The notes under the pieces: model-generated
The model's input: the letters and a program-made list of their open reading frames with translations, nothing else
Database searches by the model: none
Told to the model about the DNA's origin: nothing
Shown: in pieces, positions 1 through 8,355 of the stretch
How the letters are laid out: every line of letters begins with the position of its first letter
Numbering within the stretch: position 1 is the first letter of the stretch
Translations under genes and position numbers: made by a program
Virus record (IMG/VR): IMGVR_UViG_3300036851_000534
Span: 1-63,946 of that record
Reading direction: 5' to 3' (one strand)
Length of the DNA stretch: 63,946 nt
DNA from: a virus
Taxonomy: Duplodnaviria > Caudoviricetes

Positions 1-127
1 CATCCTGCCGCTCCTTTCGCGGCTTCCCGCCGCTCTTTCTCCGCCTTGATGCGTTTCCGCAGTTCCATGCCATAGCTATAGAGAGCGGCGTTGGTCTCCT
101 CCTCCGGCACGATCGGCGCGAGCACTG
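1..127. repeat. Terminal direct repeat (circular assembly overlap), copy 1
   Basis: Identical to 63820-63946; 127 bp is a typical assembler k-mer overlap. Confidence 0.95.
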
Positions 128-683
128 GCATCCCCCATTCCTCGGCAACGGAGAGATCCGTCCGACACGTCGAGATCAGGGAGAGCCGCTGGTAGCGTTT
201 GCCGCCGATCTCATACCAGGGCTCGAAACCGGGCGGCGGGTCCGGCGTGTTAACCTGCGCCGCGACGGTGCTGGTCTCGGCCGCCTTGACCGCCTCACGG
301 GCGCGCGCCTTGCCGTTGGCCGGCGGGGCGCTGGCGGCGACCTCCTGCTCGGAAAGCTCCTCGAGCATGGTCTGGCCGACGTTGACCGCATCGCGCAGCG
401 CCCGGCCCTTAGCGCGAGTACTCGCCATTCGGAGCAAGGCCGTCGCCACCCGCGAAGCCGTGTTCCTGGGGCTGGCGTCACCGTAATCGGTAAAGCTCTC
501 GCCGTCCTTCAGGATGACGGTGGCCCGCATGATGGCCGTCTGCTCGTTGGCCTGGCTCGGAGCCTGGATGAGTTCGACCTCGATCGCCTTCAGGCCGCGC
601 TCATGCGCCTCGGCCAAGAGACCGGCGTACAAAATGAAATCCTTGCCTCCAAGGTTGATTACGTGCTCCGGCTTCAGCGCCAT
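1..683 (-). CDS. Putative Rad52/Rad22-like ssDNA-annealing protein (crosses the origin)
   Basis: Hand translation MALKPEHVINLGGKDFILYAGLLAEAHERGL...YGDASPRN...RMASTRAKGRALRDAVNVG; the stop TGA spans the join (63821-63819) and overlaps the ATG at 63822. Absent from the ORF track because it crosses the end. Confidence 0.55.
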   Translation of the reverse strand, partial: MALKPEHVINLGGKDFILYAGLLAEAHERGLKAIEVELIQAPSQANEQTAIMRATVILKDGESFTDYGDASPRNTASRVATALLRMASTRAKGRALRDAVNVGQTMLEELSEQEVAASAPPANGKARAREAVKAAETSTVAAQVNTPDPPPGFEPWYEIGGKRYQRLSLISTCRTDLSVAEEWGMPVLAPIVPEEETNAALYSYGMELRKRIKAEKERREAAKGAAG

Positions 684-892
684 CGACAGATCCCTCCTCC
701 TATTTGCTCCAGCCTGCTGCTCGCCTCGGTCCCCAGCCGTTCATAGCAGGCATCGCAGAGACGAATGACGCTCCCGCCCAAGCTCCAGAGATTGCAGAAC
801 CAGCAGAGGGTCTTCGCCTCCATGGGCTGCCGGCACTCCGTGCAGGCCCACTCCTTGCGCGTGGTCATCCGACGGAACGGTGATTTCGGCAT
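674..892 (-). CDS. Small Cys-rich hypothetical protein
   Basis: Three CxxC motifs; coupled start, SD upstream. Confidence 0.6.
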   Translation of the reverse strand: MPKSPFRRMTTRKEWACTECRQPMEAKTLCWFCNLWSLGGSVIRLCDACYERLGTEASSRLEQIGGGICRWR

Positions 893-1164
893 CAGATCCC
901 CCCCTCCCTCACGAAGACGGTCGCTCCGGTTGTTCGGAGCCGCGCGGCGTACGCTTCCGGGTCCAAGCTGCCATCCTCGAAGCCGGTAAGCAGCACGACG
1001 CGGTTTCCGGGCTGGATCTCATCGAGCCACTGTTCCCGGCCATTGGCGTCTCGATACGACGAGAGCCGATGCACCTGCTGCGCATACGGCGTCGGCTGCG
1101 CGCGCTTGATCCAGGACCCCGATCCCGTGCTCTCGCCGCCTTTGGCTCGCCGTGGTCGCGGCAT
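892..1164 (-). CDS. Hypothetical protein
   Basis: ATG 1164 after an SD-like GGAAGGG; TGATG coupling; ends VFVREGGI. Confidence 0.55.
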   Translation of the reverse strand: MPRPRRAKGGESTGSGSWIKRAQPTPYAQQVHRLSSYRDANGREQWLDEIQPGNRVVLLTGFEDGSLDPEAYAARLRTTGATVFVREGGI

Positions 1165-1165
1165 G

Positions 1166-1384
1166 TTAGATCCCTTCCTGGAGAGACTTCCATTCCTTCG
1201 CCTGCTGTTTATGCCATCGCTCCAGGCATCGCTCACAATATATGGTGCGGGGTGCCTTCCGAGCCCAGCGCCGGTAAACCATGTGCCCGCAGGTTAAAAA
1301 GACGCGCCACGTATAGCTGCGATGCCCTTTCAGCGGAAAGAATGCTATTTCTGTCCGTTCTACCTCCTGGCGGAATCTTCTCAT
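1166..1384 (-). CDS. Small Zn-ribbon hypothetical protein
   Basis: LTCGH...CERC; TGATG coupling. Confidence 0.55.
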   Translation of the reverse strand: MRRFRQEVERTEIAFFPLKGHRSYTWRVFLTCGHMVYRRWARKAPRTIYCERCLERWHKQQAKEWKSLQEGI

Positions 1385-1620
1385 CAGATCCCTCCCTCCC
1401 TCACGAACAGCGGCTCGCCCCGCTTCCATGACCATAGTTTCCCGGTCCCCTCGACCATTACCTGCGCCAGGTAATACCCCTCGGCGCGCCAGATCGGCCC
1501 GGTGAAGCACACCGGGACCTGCACTGAGGAGAGGAGCCGGCAGGAGGCGGCGAGCGCCTCCCAGAGGCCGTCCGGCATTTCCTCGGCGGAGAGGAGGGGC
1601 AGGGCGATGGTGGCGCTCAT
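1384..1620 (-). CDS. Hypothetical protein
   Basis: ATGA overlap with the upstream gene; ends LFVREGGI. Confidence 0.55.
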   Translation of the reverse strand: MSATIALPLLSAEEMPDGLWEALAASCRLLSSVQVPVCFTGPIWRAEGYYLAQVMVEGTGKLWSWKRGEPLFVREGGI

Positions 1621-2132
1621 CGGCGGCAGCGCCGGCAGTAGCCATTGAAGAGCAGCCCCTCGCATTCAGCGCAGAGCGCCGGCCCCTCCTCCCCCTCGGG
1701 ACGGAAGGGATCATCAAAGGGCGCGGTCACGACGGTTTCGCTCTCCTTCGCCGCGAGCCAGGCCAGGATGTCGCGCCGCGACATTTGCCAGGCCTCGCCG
1801 AATGTTTCGCGCTCGAGGCCGGCAATACGCTCCCGCTTGAACGCCTGATACCAGCGGAGCGCCTTCCGATCGCTCTTCGTGGCGTGGGCCAGGAGTGCGA
1901 GTGCGAGCTGCGCCGGACCACTGCCGCCAAATCCCCACTCAACGCCATCGGGCGAATGATTGAACAGGTCGGTTCGGAGGGGCAGCTCGACCGGATAGCG
2001 CCAGGCCCGGGTGATCCAGACCTGACAACCTCCCGCCGCCGCATGCCGTGTGCCGATGTACACGATCCCCTCGCGGGCGGGTGGCCCTGGGTTCATTGCC
2101 TCGCGCTGTTGTTTGCGTTCCTGGGCGTTCAT
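1617..2132 (-). CDS. DUF6166-like protein
   Basis: Motif NHSPDGVEWGFGGSGPAQLALALL; SD before ATG 2132. Confidence 0.7.
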   Translation of the reverse strand: MNAQERKQQREAMNPGPPAREGIVYIGTRHAAAGGCQVWITRAWRYPVELPLRTDLFNHSPDGVEWGFGGSGPAQLALALLAHATKSDRKALRWYQAFKRERIAGLERETFGEAWQMSRRDILAWLAAKESETVVTAPFDDPFRPEGEEGPALCAECEGLLFNGYCRRCRR

Positions 2133-2194
2133 CGCCTTCCTCTCCCTCCCGGCCCTCTCCCCTTTTTGGGGGAGAGGGCCAGCCTTGCCGCTGC

Positions 2195-2407
2195 CTACCG
2201 CACCGGATGCGGGATGCTCATCTTCGCGAGTGTCTTCTGCCACTGGGCCGCTGCCTGCTCTGCCTCGATGCAGTACTGCATCCCGAACGGCTTCGCCTGG
2301 TAGAACGCAAGCTTGTCCCGGGCCTCCTCCTCCGTCAGGTTCCGCGCGACCACGCTCTCCCGTCCTCCGTAGAATGCGACGATTCGGTAAAGTTTCTGCT
2401 GTTCCAT
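2195..2407 (-). CDS. Hypothetical early protein
   Basis: AAGGAG SD; directly downstream of promoter 2451-2480. Confidence 0.6.
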   Translation of the reverse strand: MEQQKLYRIVAFYGGRESVVARNLTEEEARDKLAFYQAKPFGMQYCIEAEQAAAQWQKTLAKMSIPHPVR

Positions 2408-2450
2408 CTCGCTCTCCTTGCGGCTGTCCGTGTGATTGTTTACTGATAAT

Positions 2451-2480
2451 ATTATACCGCACTGGAGAGGGTATCGGCAA
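2451..2480 (-). promoter_or_regulatory. Early promoter TTGCCG-N18-TATAAT
   Basis: Same architecture at four AT-rich loci. Confidence 0.75.
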
Positions 2481-2526
2481 GTAAAAGATGGGCAGGGACG
2501 GGATTATTTTCCCGGGGGTCCCGGGA

Positions 2527-2865
2527 CTATTCGGGCCCGTGGTCGGCGCAACGGAACTCCTCATCCCGCAGGTTGCCAAGGTACTTCCCGCCGCGGCTCC
2601 AGGCATAGCACCAGGCGCCGGAGTGCATGCCGCCGGAGAGGTAAACGGTTTGCCGGCGCGGCCGGCGCTTTTCCCGCCGGCACGCCTCGCAGAGAAGGGT
2701 CAGGCGGATCGCAACGCCAACGGTGCCATCCTGGCTACGCCCATGAGCGACGATTGGGTAGAGCCGATCATCGTGGTAGCGGCAGAGAGCGCCGATGATT
2801 GCCTCCTCACCTTCCTCCTCGATGACGATATCGAGTTCTTCCACGTCGATGATGCGGGACATCAA
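2527..2865 (-). CDS. Hypothetical protein
   Basis: 112 aa, overlapping operon arrangement. Confidence 0.5.
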   Translation of the reverse strand: MMSRIIDVEELDIVIEEEGEEAIIGALCRYHDDRLYPIVAHGRSQDGTVGVAIRLTLLCEACRREKRRPRRQTVYLSGGMHSGAWCYAWSRGGKYLGNLRDEEFRCADHGPE

Positions 2866-3230
2866 CTCAGCCTTTCTTCAGCCTCTCCCGGGAGTTCCGG
2901 CTCCCATGCCTCCAGTGCGCCGTCCCAGCAGTCGCAAGGCTCCAGGATGGGGAGGCCGTCGTCGTAGTTCCAGCCACACAGGACGCAGGGGCCGTCGCCG
3001 TCTTCGGGAGTGAGACCGGCACAGCCGCAGCGAGGGCAGCGTCCCGTGAGCGTGCAGTCGCAGGGATAGGCGCGCGGCGGCTCTTCCCAACCCCCACTCG
3101 TGCCCGTCTGGCCCCAGCCGTCGCAGCGGGGGCAGTAGTGCGGCCACCGGAGGAGCCAGACGGTGTATTCGACGTATCGATGCCCGAAGGAATCCAGGCA
3201 GGCTTTGGTATGCAAGTTAGGAACGCTCAC
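2862..3230 (-). CDS. Cys-rich (multiple CxxC) hypothetical protein
   Basis: CPRCDGWG, CDC, CPRC, CVLC; GTGA overlap start. Confidence 0.6.
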   Translation of the reverse strand: MSVPNLHTKACLDSFGHRYVEYTVWLLRWPHYCPRCDGWGQTGTSGGWEEPPRAYPCDCTLTGRCPRCGCAGLTPEDGDGPCVLCGWNYDDGLPILEPCDCWDGALEAWEPELPGEAEERLS

Positions 3231-3487
3231 AGTAGCCCTTTCTGGACCAGGTGAAGAGCCAAGGCAATGGCGTGCTTGCACTTTCGGTTCGTTCCGGCAC
3301 AGCGGTAAACGTGATCGGGGCAGGAGCAGCCCTGCCCACTGACCTCATAGCGACCGCCGCTCGCTGTCTCCACGCGCCAGCCGGCCGCTGTCTTCGTCCA
3401 CTGCATCGCCTCGCCTTCCGCGAGCGCCCGGGAGACCCGGGCCTCACGGGCGCGCCGGAGCGTCTCTTCGGGGGTGGGTGGGGTCAT
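3227..3487 (-). CDS. SWIM zinc-finger protein
   Basis: YEV...CSCPD...CKHAIA (CxC...CxH). Confidence 0.75.
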   Translation of the reverse strand: MTPPTPEETLRRAREARVSRALAEGEAMQWTKTAAGWRVETASGGRYEVSGQGCSCPDHVYRCAGTNRKCKHAIALALHLVQKGLL

Positions 3488-3488
3488 G

Positions 3489-3740
3489 TCAGTCTCCCGA
3501 TTCTGTCGTAGCAACCGGCGTTCGCAGTGGCCGCAGAGGGTCAATCTGGCGCCGGGCGATGTTGACCACATATTCAAGCGCTTTCAGTTCGTCTTCTGTC
3601 CGTTGGTCGAGCCGCAACGCCTCATGGCACCACTTAATCTCGGCTCGGCGGCCGGGTTGTTCGTGCTTCCAATCCTCGAATGCTTTCTCAGTGTAGTACA
3701 GAGCGTCTTGCTTGCTTCGCCGAGCGCCATAACGTCTCAT
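3489..3740 (-). CDS. Hypothetical protein
   Basis: GAGGAG SD, 83 aa. Confidence 0.55.
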   Translation of the reverse strand: MRRYGARRSKQDALYYTEKAFEDWKHEQPGRRAEIKWCHEALRLDQRTEDELKALEYVVNIARRQIDPLRPLRTPVATTESGD

Positions 3741-3803
3741 CGTCTTCTCTCCTCGCGTCTTCGTTGGGGAAGGAGCGGGCAGGCTCCTCCCGGAAGTGAT
3801 AGG

Positions 3804-4013
3804 TTAGACGAAGATGCCTCGGGCGGTGCTGGAGGCTATCCAGCGATCAAGCGCCTCGTCAGCAGCGCGTTCGTCCGCGGCCATGGCGGCGCGCTGCGCC
3901 TCGGGTGTAAGAGCATTCCAGTAGGCCATGAAGGTCGCCTCCAACTCATCGAGTGTAGCCCGGGGCTCGCTCCCTCCCTCGTCTTCAAAAGGATCGTTCC
4001 AGGTTGTTGCCAT
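3804..4013 (-). CDS. Hypothetical early protein
   Basis: AAGGAG SD; downstream of promoter 4062-4091. Confidence 0.6.
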   Translation of the reverse strand: MATTWNDPFEDEGGSEPRATLDELEATFMAYWNALTPEAQRAAMAADERAADEALDRWIASSTARGIFV

Positions 4014-4061
4014 CTCCCTCTCCTTATTCCCTCGTCGTCCGGCCGTGTGTCTGTCTCCTAT

Positions 4062-4091
4062 ATATTACCATATATAAGAATAGAACGGCAA
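4062..4091 (-). promoter_or_regulatory. Early promoter TTGCCG-N18-TAATAT
   Basis: Member of the four-copy promoter family. Confidence 0.65.
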
Positions 4092-4332
4092 CATTTTCCG
4101 GGTAAATCTTGGATAATATTTCGAGCAGCAGCAGCAGAAGGCCGGTGAGTATCGAGACCCCTCCCGGGAGGAGCGGGAGGCGGGTAGGACACGCGGCCAG
4201 CGAAAGCCGCCGCGCCGGGTAGACGCACTGGGGCGAAGAGGTTCCAGGCGGGGTGATGGTCGGGACGGGGGAGCCTACCGAGGCGCTGCGGATGGGACAG
4301 TCGGCGCTGCCGTTGGGAGTGTGATCCACACA

Positions 4333-4360
4333 ACCTCCGATAATGGTTACTATGTCAGCC
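4333..4360 (+). other. dif-like XerC/D recombination site
   Basis: ACCTCCGATAA-TGGTTA-CTATGTCAGCC, 11-6-11 layout resembling bacterial dif; intergenic. Confidence 0.6.
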
Positions 4361-4388
4361 TGTGCTTGTCCACCGGTGTCCTCATCTG

Positions 4389-4417
4389 TTGACCCTCCCG
4401 GGATCTCCCGCTATACT
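4389..4417 (+). promoter_or_regulatory. Sigma70-type promoter TTGACC-N17-TATACT
   Basis: Near-consensus; reads into a hairpin leader and the tRNA-like RNA. Confidence 0.7.
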
Positions 4418-4494
4418 GACCGCAACGGCGCGAGGTGCCGGGCTGGGTTACTTCGCTTCAAATGAAACGCCCGCCCAACCTTCCCTCGCTCCTT

Positions 4495-4575
4495 GCAGTC
4501 CGTGGCGGCGCCCGGCGTTTCACGCGGTTGCACTGGTCGCGCCGGGCGTGGCAGGTTCGACTCCTGCCGGCTGCA
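4495..4575 (+). ncRNA. tRNA-like RNA lacking canonical D and anticodon arms
   Basis: Acceptor GCAGTC/GGCTGC plus discriminator A; T-arm GCAGG-TTCGACT-CCTGC; 9-bp central helix 4509-4517/4540-4548. Confidence 0.6.
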
Positions 4576-4618
4576 CTGGGCAATGGTCGCCTGCCTGTGC
4601 TATACTCGTCCTAATGTG

Positions 4619-5104
4619 ATGCGCTTTGTCGCCGACCAAGCTCCACCGCATTGGCGCGGGTCCGAATGGCTGGCGGCAGTATGCGAGGGGGCGGGACTGA
4701 CGCTCGAGCAGGCAGAGGCAGCCCATCTCGTCGTGGCGGGCTGTCCCTGGGCCCGGCTGGCCGGCGCGCTCTCCCAGGTCATGGGAGAGCGGATGGGCGC
4801 CCGGCGCGCCCGGCGGAGAGCCTGGCAGGCTGGTGTGGAACTCCGCCGCTATCGGGCGGATCTGCATGCAGAGCACTGGGCCGAGGCTCGGGATCTGCTC
4901 TCCTGCCTGCGGAATACGACGCCCTGTCGCCCCCCCTTGCAGGTCTACGCAGAGAAATGGGGCGTGATCGACCGCGATGCCGTCCGCTTCCGGAGCCGCC
5001 TCGACGGTGAGCATCCGGAGGACCTGGCCCGGCATCCCCTGCGCTTCCTGCGGGACCTCGGCCGTCTGCGCAAGCGCCTTGCCGAACGCGCCTCCGGCGA
5101 GTAG
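4619..5104 (+). CDS. Hypothetical protein, possible late transcription regulator
   Basis: Extended -10 TGcTATACT at 4598-4606; lies just before the packaging module; helical, HTH-like N-half. Confidence 0.45.
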   Translation: MRFVADQAPPHWRGSEWLAAVCEGAGLTLEQAEAAHLVVAGCPWARLAGALSQVMGERMGARRARRRAWQAGVELRRYRADLHAEHWAEARDLLSCLRNTTPCRPPLQVYAEKWGVIDRDAVRFRSRLDGEHPEDLARHPLRFLRDLGRLRKRLAERASGE

Positions 5105-5229
5105 CCGGGTATGAGCTGCGCGCCCTCTCGGTTATCCCACGCGCCTTCGCGGCAAGCAAGCAACAGCCGTCTTCCTCCGTTTTCTGCGGTGTCCGGTTCG
5201 GATGTATTCCACATGTCTCCTTTCGGGTT

Positions 5230-5262
5230 AGCCCTCGCCCTGTCGGCGGGGGCTATTTCTTT
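5230..5262 (+). terminator. Intrinsic terminator-like hairpin
   Basis: AGCCCTCGCC-ctgtc-GGCGGGGGCT followed by ATTTCTTT. Confidence 0.5.
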
Positions 5263-5265
5263 GGT

Positions 5266-5324
5266 ATGAGCGAAGCGCGCGCCGTTCCCATTACCAGCAT
5301 CGAGTTCGATGCGGCGAACGCGAA
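5266..5324 (+). pseudogene. Orphaned original 5' end of the ParB-MTase gene
   Basis: MSEARAVPITSIEFDAANA aligns with MGKPTEITALPIDRIFFDAKNA at 6142. Confidence 0.7.
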
Positions 5325-5363
5325 AGAGAAGGAACAAGCGGAGCGGGTGTTGAACTTAAGTGC

Positions 5364-6179
5364 ATGGAAACAACCTTCATCTATGCACTTGCGGACCCTC
5401 GGGATGGAGCGTTGCGCTATGTCGGGAAGTCAAACGCCCCTAAGGTCCGCTATCGCCGCCATGTGACTGAGGTCAACACGACGCATCGTGTCTGCTGGAT
5501 TAAGGGCCTGCGGCTCCTGGGATTGCGTCCGACCCTGATTATCCTTCAGGAAGTGCCTCGTGAGACCTGGGAAGAGTTTGAACGTGCTTGGATACAGCGG
5601 CTCAAGACAGAGGGGTGCGCCCTCACCAACCTGACAGATGGCGGTGGGCATTGTGAGCTTGGCCCAGAAGCGCGGGCGAAAATGCGGGCCGCGAAGGTCG
5701 GGAAGCCGCCTCACAATAAGGGCAAGCAGACTTCTATAGAGGCGCGGCAGAAACAGAGCGAGTCTGCAAAGCGGCGTTGGGAGCGGATGACTGCGGAGGA
5801 GAAGCAGCAGGGGGTGGCTCATTTGCGAGGGATCCCCCAGAAGGGCCGGCCTGGGCATCCACAGACGCCCGCGACTCGAGCGAAGATTTCGGCAGCAGGG
5901 ATTGGCCGGCGGCACTCTGAGGAAACCCTCAGGAAGCTGTCGGCCGCATCGAGAGGCCGTCCGCACAAGGCGACCGGGCCGTGTTCTCCCGAGCGCAGGG
6001 AAAAGATTAGCAGGACACTGCGTGCATTGTCTGACGAGCAGGTCACCGAAATACGCTTGTTGCTCGCGGAAGGTCGGTTGACGGGCAAAGAGATTGCCGC
6101 GCGAGTTGGGGTGGCGCCGCAGAAAATCTCAACGATCAAGAATGGGAAAACCTACCGAGATTACCGCGCTCCCCATTGA
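5364..6179 (+). CDS. GIY-YIG homing endonuclease with NUMOD3-like repeats
   Basis: FIYAL...YVGKS...RYRRH...E...NLTDGG; repeated (T/S)xE(T/A)RxK(I/L/M)S units; C-terminal HTH. Confidence 0.85.
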   Translation: METTFIYALADPRDGALRYVGKSNAPKVRYRRHVTEVNTTHRVCWIKGLRLLGLRPTLIILQEVPRETWEEFERAWIQRLKTEGCALTNLTDGGGHCELGPEARAKMRAAKVGKPPHNKGKQTSIEARQKQSESAKRRWERMTAEEKQQGVAHLRGIPQKGRPGHPQTPATRAKISAAGIGRRHSEETLRKLSAASRGRPHKATGPCSPERREKISRTLRALSDEQVTEIRLLLAEGRLTGKEIAARVGVAPQKISTIKNGKTYRDYRAPH

Positions 6180-7476
6180 CCGCATCTTTTTCGATGCGAA
6201 AAATGCCAACGTCGGCACTGAGCGGGGCCGGCAGGTCCTCGCCCATTCCCTGGCGACCTATGGCGCCGGCCGGTCGATCCTGGTAGACCGTCAGGATCGG
6301 GTGATCGCCGGGAACAAAAGCCTGGCAGAGGCGGTCGCCGCCGGCATCGCTACGGTGCGCGTGGTGGAGACGGACGGCTCCGAGCTGGTAGCGGTGCGGC
6401 GCACCGACCTGGACCTCGACGAACCAAAGGCCCGCTTGTTAGCGTTTGCGGATAATCGCAGCTCGGAACTTGATCTCGCTTGGAATGTGGAGCAGATCGC
6501 GGCCGACCTCGATGCCGGCCTCGACCTCTCGGCGCTCTGGACCGGGGATGAGCTAGAGGAACTGCTGCGGGGTCTTCAGGAGCCGGGCGGTGGCCTCGTG
6601 GAGGGCGTCGATCCCGACGTCATCCCAGAGAGCGTGCCCTCCCGCTGCCAGCCGGGCGACCTCTGGCAACTGGGCCGGCACCGGCTGCTCTGTGGCGATA
6701 GCACGAAGGCGGAGGACGTGGCGCGGCTGATGGAAGGCGAGGAGGCGGATCTCTGTTTCACCTCGCCGCCCTACGATCAGCAGCGGCAATATACCGGCGG
6801 GATCGGCGACTGGCTGACGCTCATGCAGGGCGTCTTCGGCAACCTGCCGATGGTGGAGAAGGGGCAGGTGCTCGTCAACCTGGGGCTCGTTCACCGCGAC
6901 GGGGAATGGCGGCCCTACTGGGACCCGTGGATCGCCTGGATGCGGGAACAGGGCTGGCGCGCTTTCGGCTGGTATGTCTGGGATCAGGGGCCGGGACTCT
7001 GTGGTGATTGGAACGGCCGGCTGGCACCCGCGCACGAGTTCATTTTTCACTTCAACCAGATCGCAGAGAAAGCGCGTAAGTCGAAGGCAACTGCCTCGCC
7101 GGGCTGCTATCAGCACGGCCCCGGCTTTAAGCGGCGGGACGGCTCTGCGGCAGCGAAGAAGACCGGACACGGCCAGCCGGTGCAACCTAAGAAGATCCCT
7201 GATAGCGTGATTCGGGTCATGCGCCAGAAGGTCGGCGGCCTTCCAACCCAACATCCCGCCATCTTCCCTGTCGCCCTCGTTGCGGAGATCATGCAAGCCT
7301 TCTCCGACCCAGGCGATCTCTGCTTCGAGCCCTTTGCCGGTAGCGGGACCGCCTTGATCGCCGGGCATGAGCATGGCCGGCGTGTCTGTGCGCTGGAGCA
7401 GGAAGCAACTTACTGTGATATCGCGATTGCCCGCTTCGAGCAGGCCACCGGCCTCTCGGCCAGGCGGCTCGACTGA
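6142..7476 (+). CDS. ParB-like N-domain fused to an N4/N6 DNA methyltransferase
   Basis: ILVD...IAGN...ADNR; HRLLCGDS; FTSPPY; HPAIFP; FEPFAGSGT. Confidence 0.88.
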   Translation: MGKPTEITALPIDRIFFDAKNANVGTERGRQVLAHSLATYGAGRSILVDRQDRVIAGNKSLAEAVAAGIATVRVVETDGSELVAVRRTDLDLDEPKARLLAFADNRSSELDLAWNVEQIAADLDAGLDLSALWTGDELEELLRGLQEPGGGLVEGVDPDVIPESVPSRCQPGDLWQLGRHRLLCGDSTKAEDVARLMEGEEADLCFTSPPYDQQRQYTGGIGDWLTLMQGVFGNLPMVEKGQVLVNLGLVHRDGEWRPYWDPWIAWMREQGWRAFGWYVWDQGPGLCGDWNGRLAPAHEFIFHFNQIAEKARKSKATASPGCYQHGPGFKRRDGSAAAKKTGHGQPVQPKKIPDSVIRVMRQKVGGLPTQHPAIFPVALVAEIMQAFSDPGDLCFEPFAGSGTALIAGHEHGRRVCALEQEATYCDIAIARFEQATGLSARRLD

Positions 7477-7877
7477 TGCTTCAGCGTATCTATATCGCCG
7501 GCCCCTACACGGCCCCGACCCCGAAGGGCGTGCAGGTCAACCTTGACGCCGCCTTCCGCGCCGCCATTTGCCTTATCCGGCTCGGCCACGTCCCGTACTG
7601 CCCGCACCTCACCCATTACCTGGATGCGGCGGCCCTCGCCCTGGGCGTCAATATCGAATACGAGGAGTGGCTCGGCCAGGACCGCGAATGGCTCGCTCTC
7701 TGTGACGCGCTGCTCTACCTGGCGCCCTCACCCGGCGCCGACCGGGAACGGGACTGGGCGGCGGCGCTCGGGCTCGTGATCTACCACCGGCTCGACGAGA
7801 TCCCTCCCGCCGAGCAGAAGCGGCTCCCTGCTCCTTTGTTGAAAGAGCAGCAGCAGCAGTGGGACGTAGGGGCATAG
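7476..7877 (+). CDS. DUF4406/nucleoside-deoxyribosyltransferase-like protein
   Basis: RIYIAGPYT...GHVPYCPH...LCDALL...SPGADRE. Confidence 0.7.
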   Translation: MLQRIYIAGPYTAPTPKGVQVNLDAAFRAAICLIRLGHVPYCPHLTHYLDAAALALGVNIEYEEWLGQDREWLALCDALLYLAPSPGADRERDWAAALGLVIYHRLDEIPPAEQKRLPAPLLKEQQQQWDVGA

Positions 7878-7896
7878 ACCCCGATAGGATTGACAA

Positions 7897-8355
7897 ATGG
7901 CAGGACAGACGCGAGGAGCGGCTCCGAAGATTACCCCGGCCGTGGAAGCGCGCCTCCTGCAATTGCTCCAGGCCGGCGCGACGAAACGAGACGCCTCGCA
8001 AGCCTGTGGGATTAACGAAGATACGCTTTACCGGCACCTGAAAAAATCCGCGGATTTTGCGGAACGCTTGACAAAAGCGCAGGCAGAAGCGGCCTGCGCC
8101 AATGTCCTCGTCGTGCGGAAAGCTGCCCAGGCCGGGACCTGGCAGGCGGCGGCGTGGTGGCTCGAGCGCCGGCGGCCGGAGGACTGGGGCCGGATCGATC
8201 GTCTGGAACTGACCGGCAAGGATCGCAAACCCATCGAGATCAATGTTAGCAGCTACTCTACCGAGCAGTTGGGCCAGATCCGTGACCTCCTCCGGCAACC
8301 TGCCCAGGCTGCTCGAAACGGTCGAAACGGAACTCGCGAGGAGGAGTCTCCATGA
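7897..8355 (+). CDS. terS: Terminase small subunit
   Basis: N-terminal HTH, WQAAAWWLERRRPEDWG motif, directly upstream of terL. Confidence 0.8.
   Translation: MAGQTRGAAPKITPAVEARLLQLLQAGATKRDASQACGINEDTLYRHLKKSADFAERLTKAQAEAACANVLVVRKAAQAGTWQAAAWWLERRRPEDWGRIDRLELTGKDRKPIEINVSSYSTEQLGQIRDLLRQPAQAARNGRNGTREEESP

Noticed and set aside
1-127. Terminal repeat as a physical phage DTR
   Set aside because: The length matches an assembler k-mer and it falls inside a gene
4495-4575. Canonical tRNA-Cys (GCA in the loop)
   Set aside because: No D-stem and no 5-bp stem with a 7-nt anticodon loop
5325-6141. Group I intron or intein around the GIY-YIG gene
   Set aside because: Only about 40 non-coding nt are available, there are no intron core or intein motifs, and the duplicated N-terminus makes splicing unnecessary
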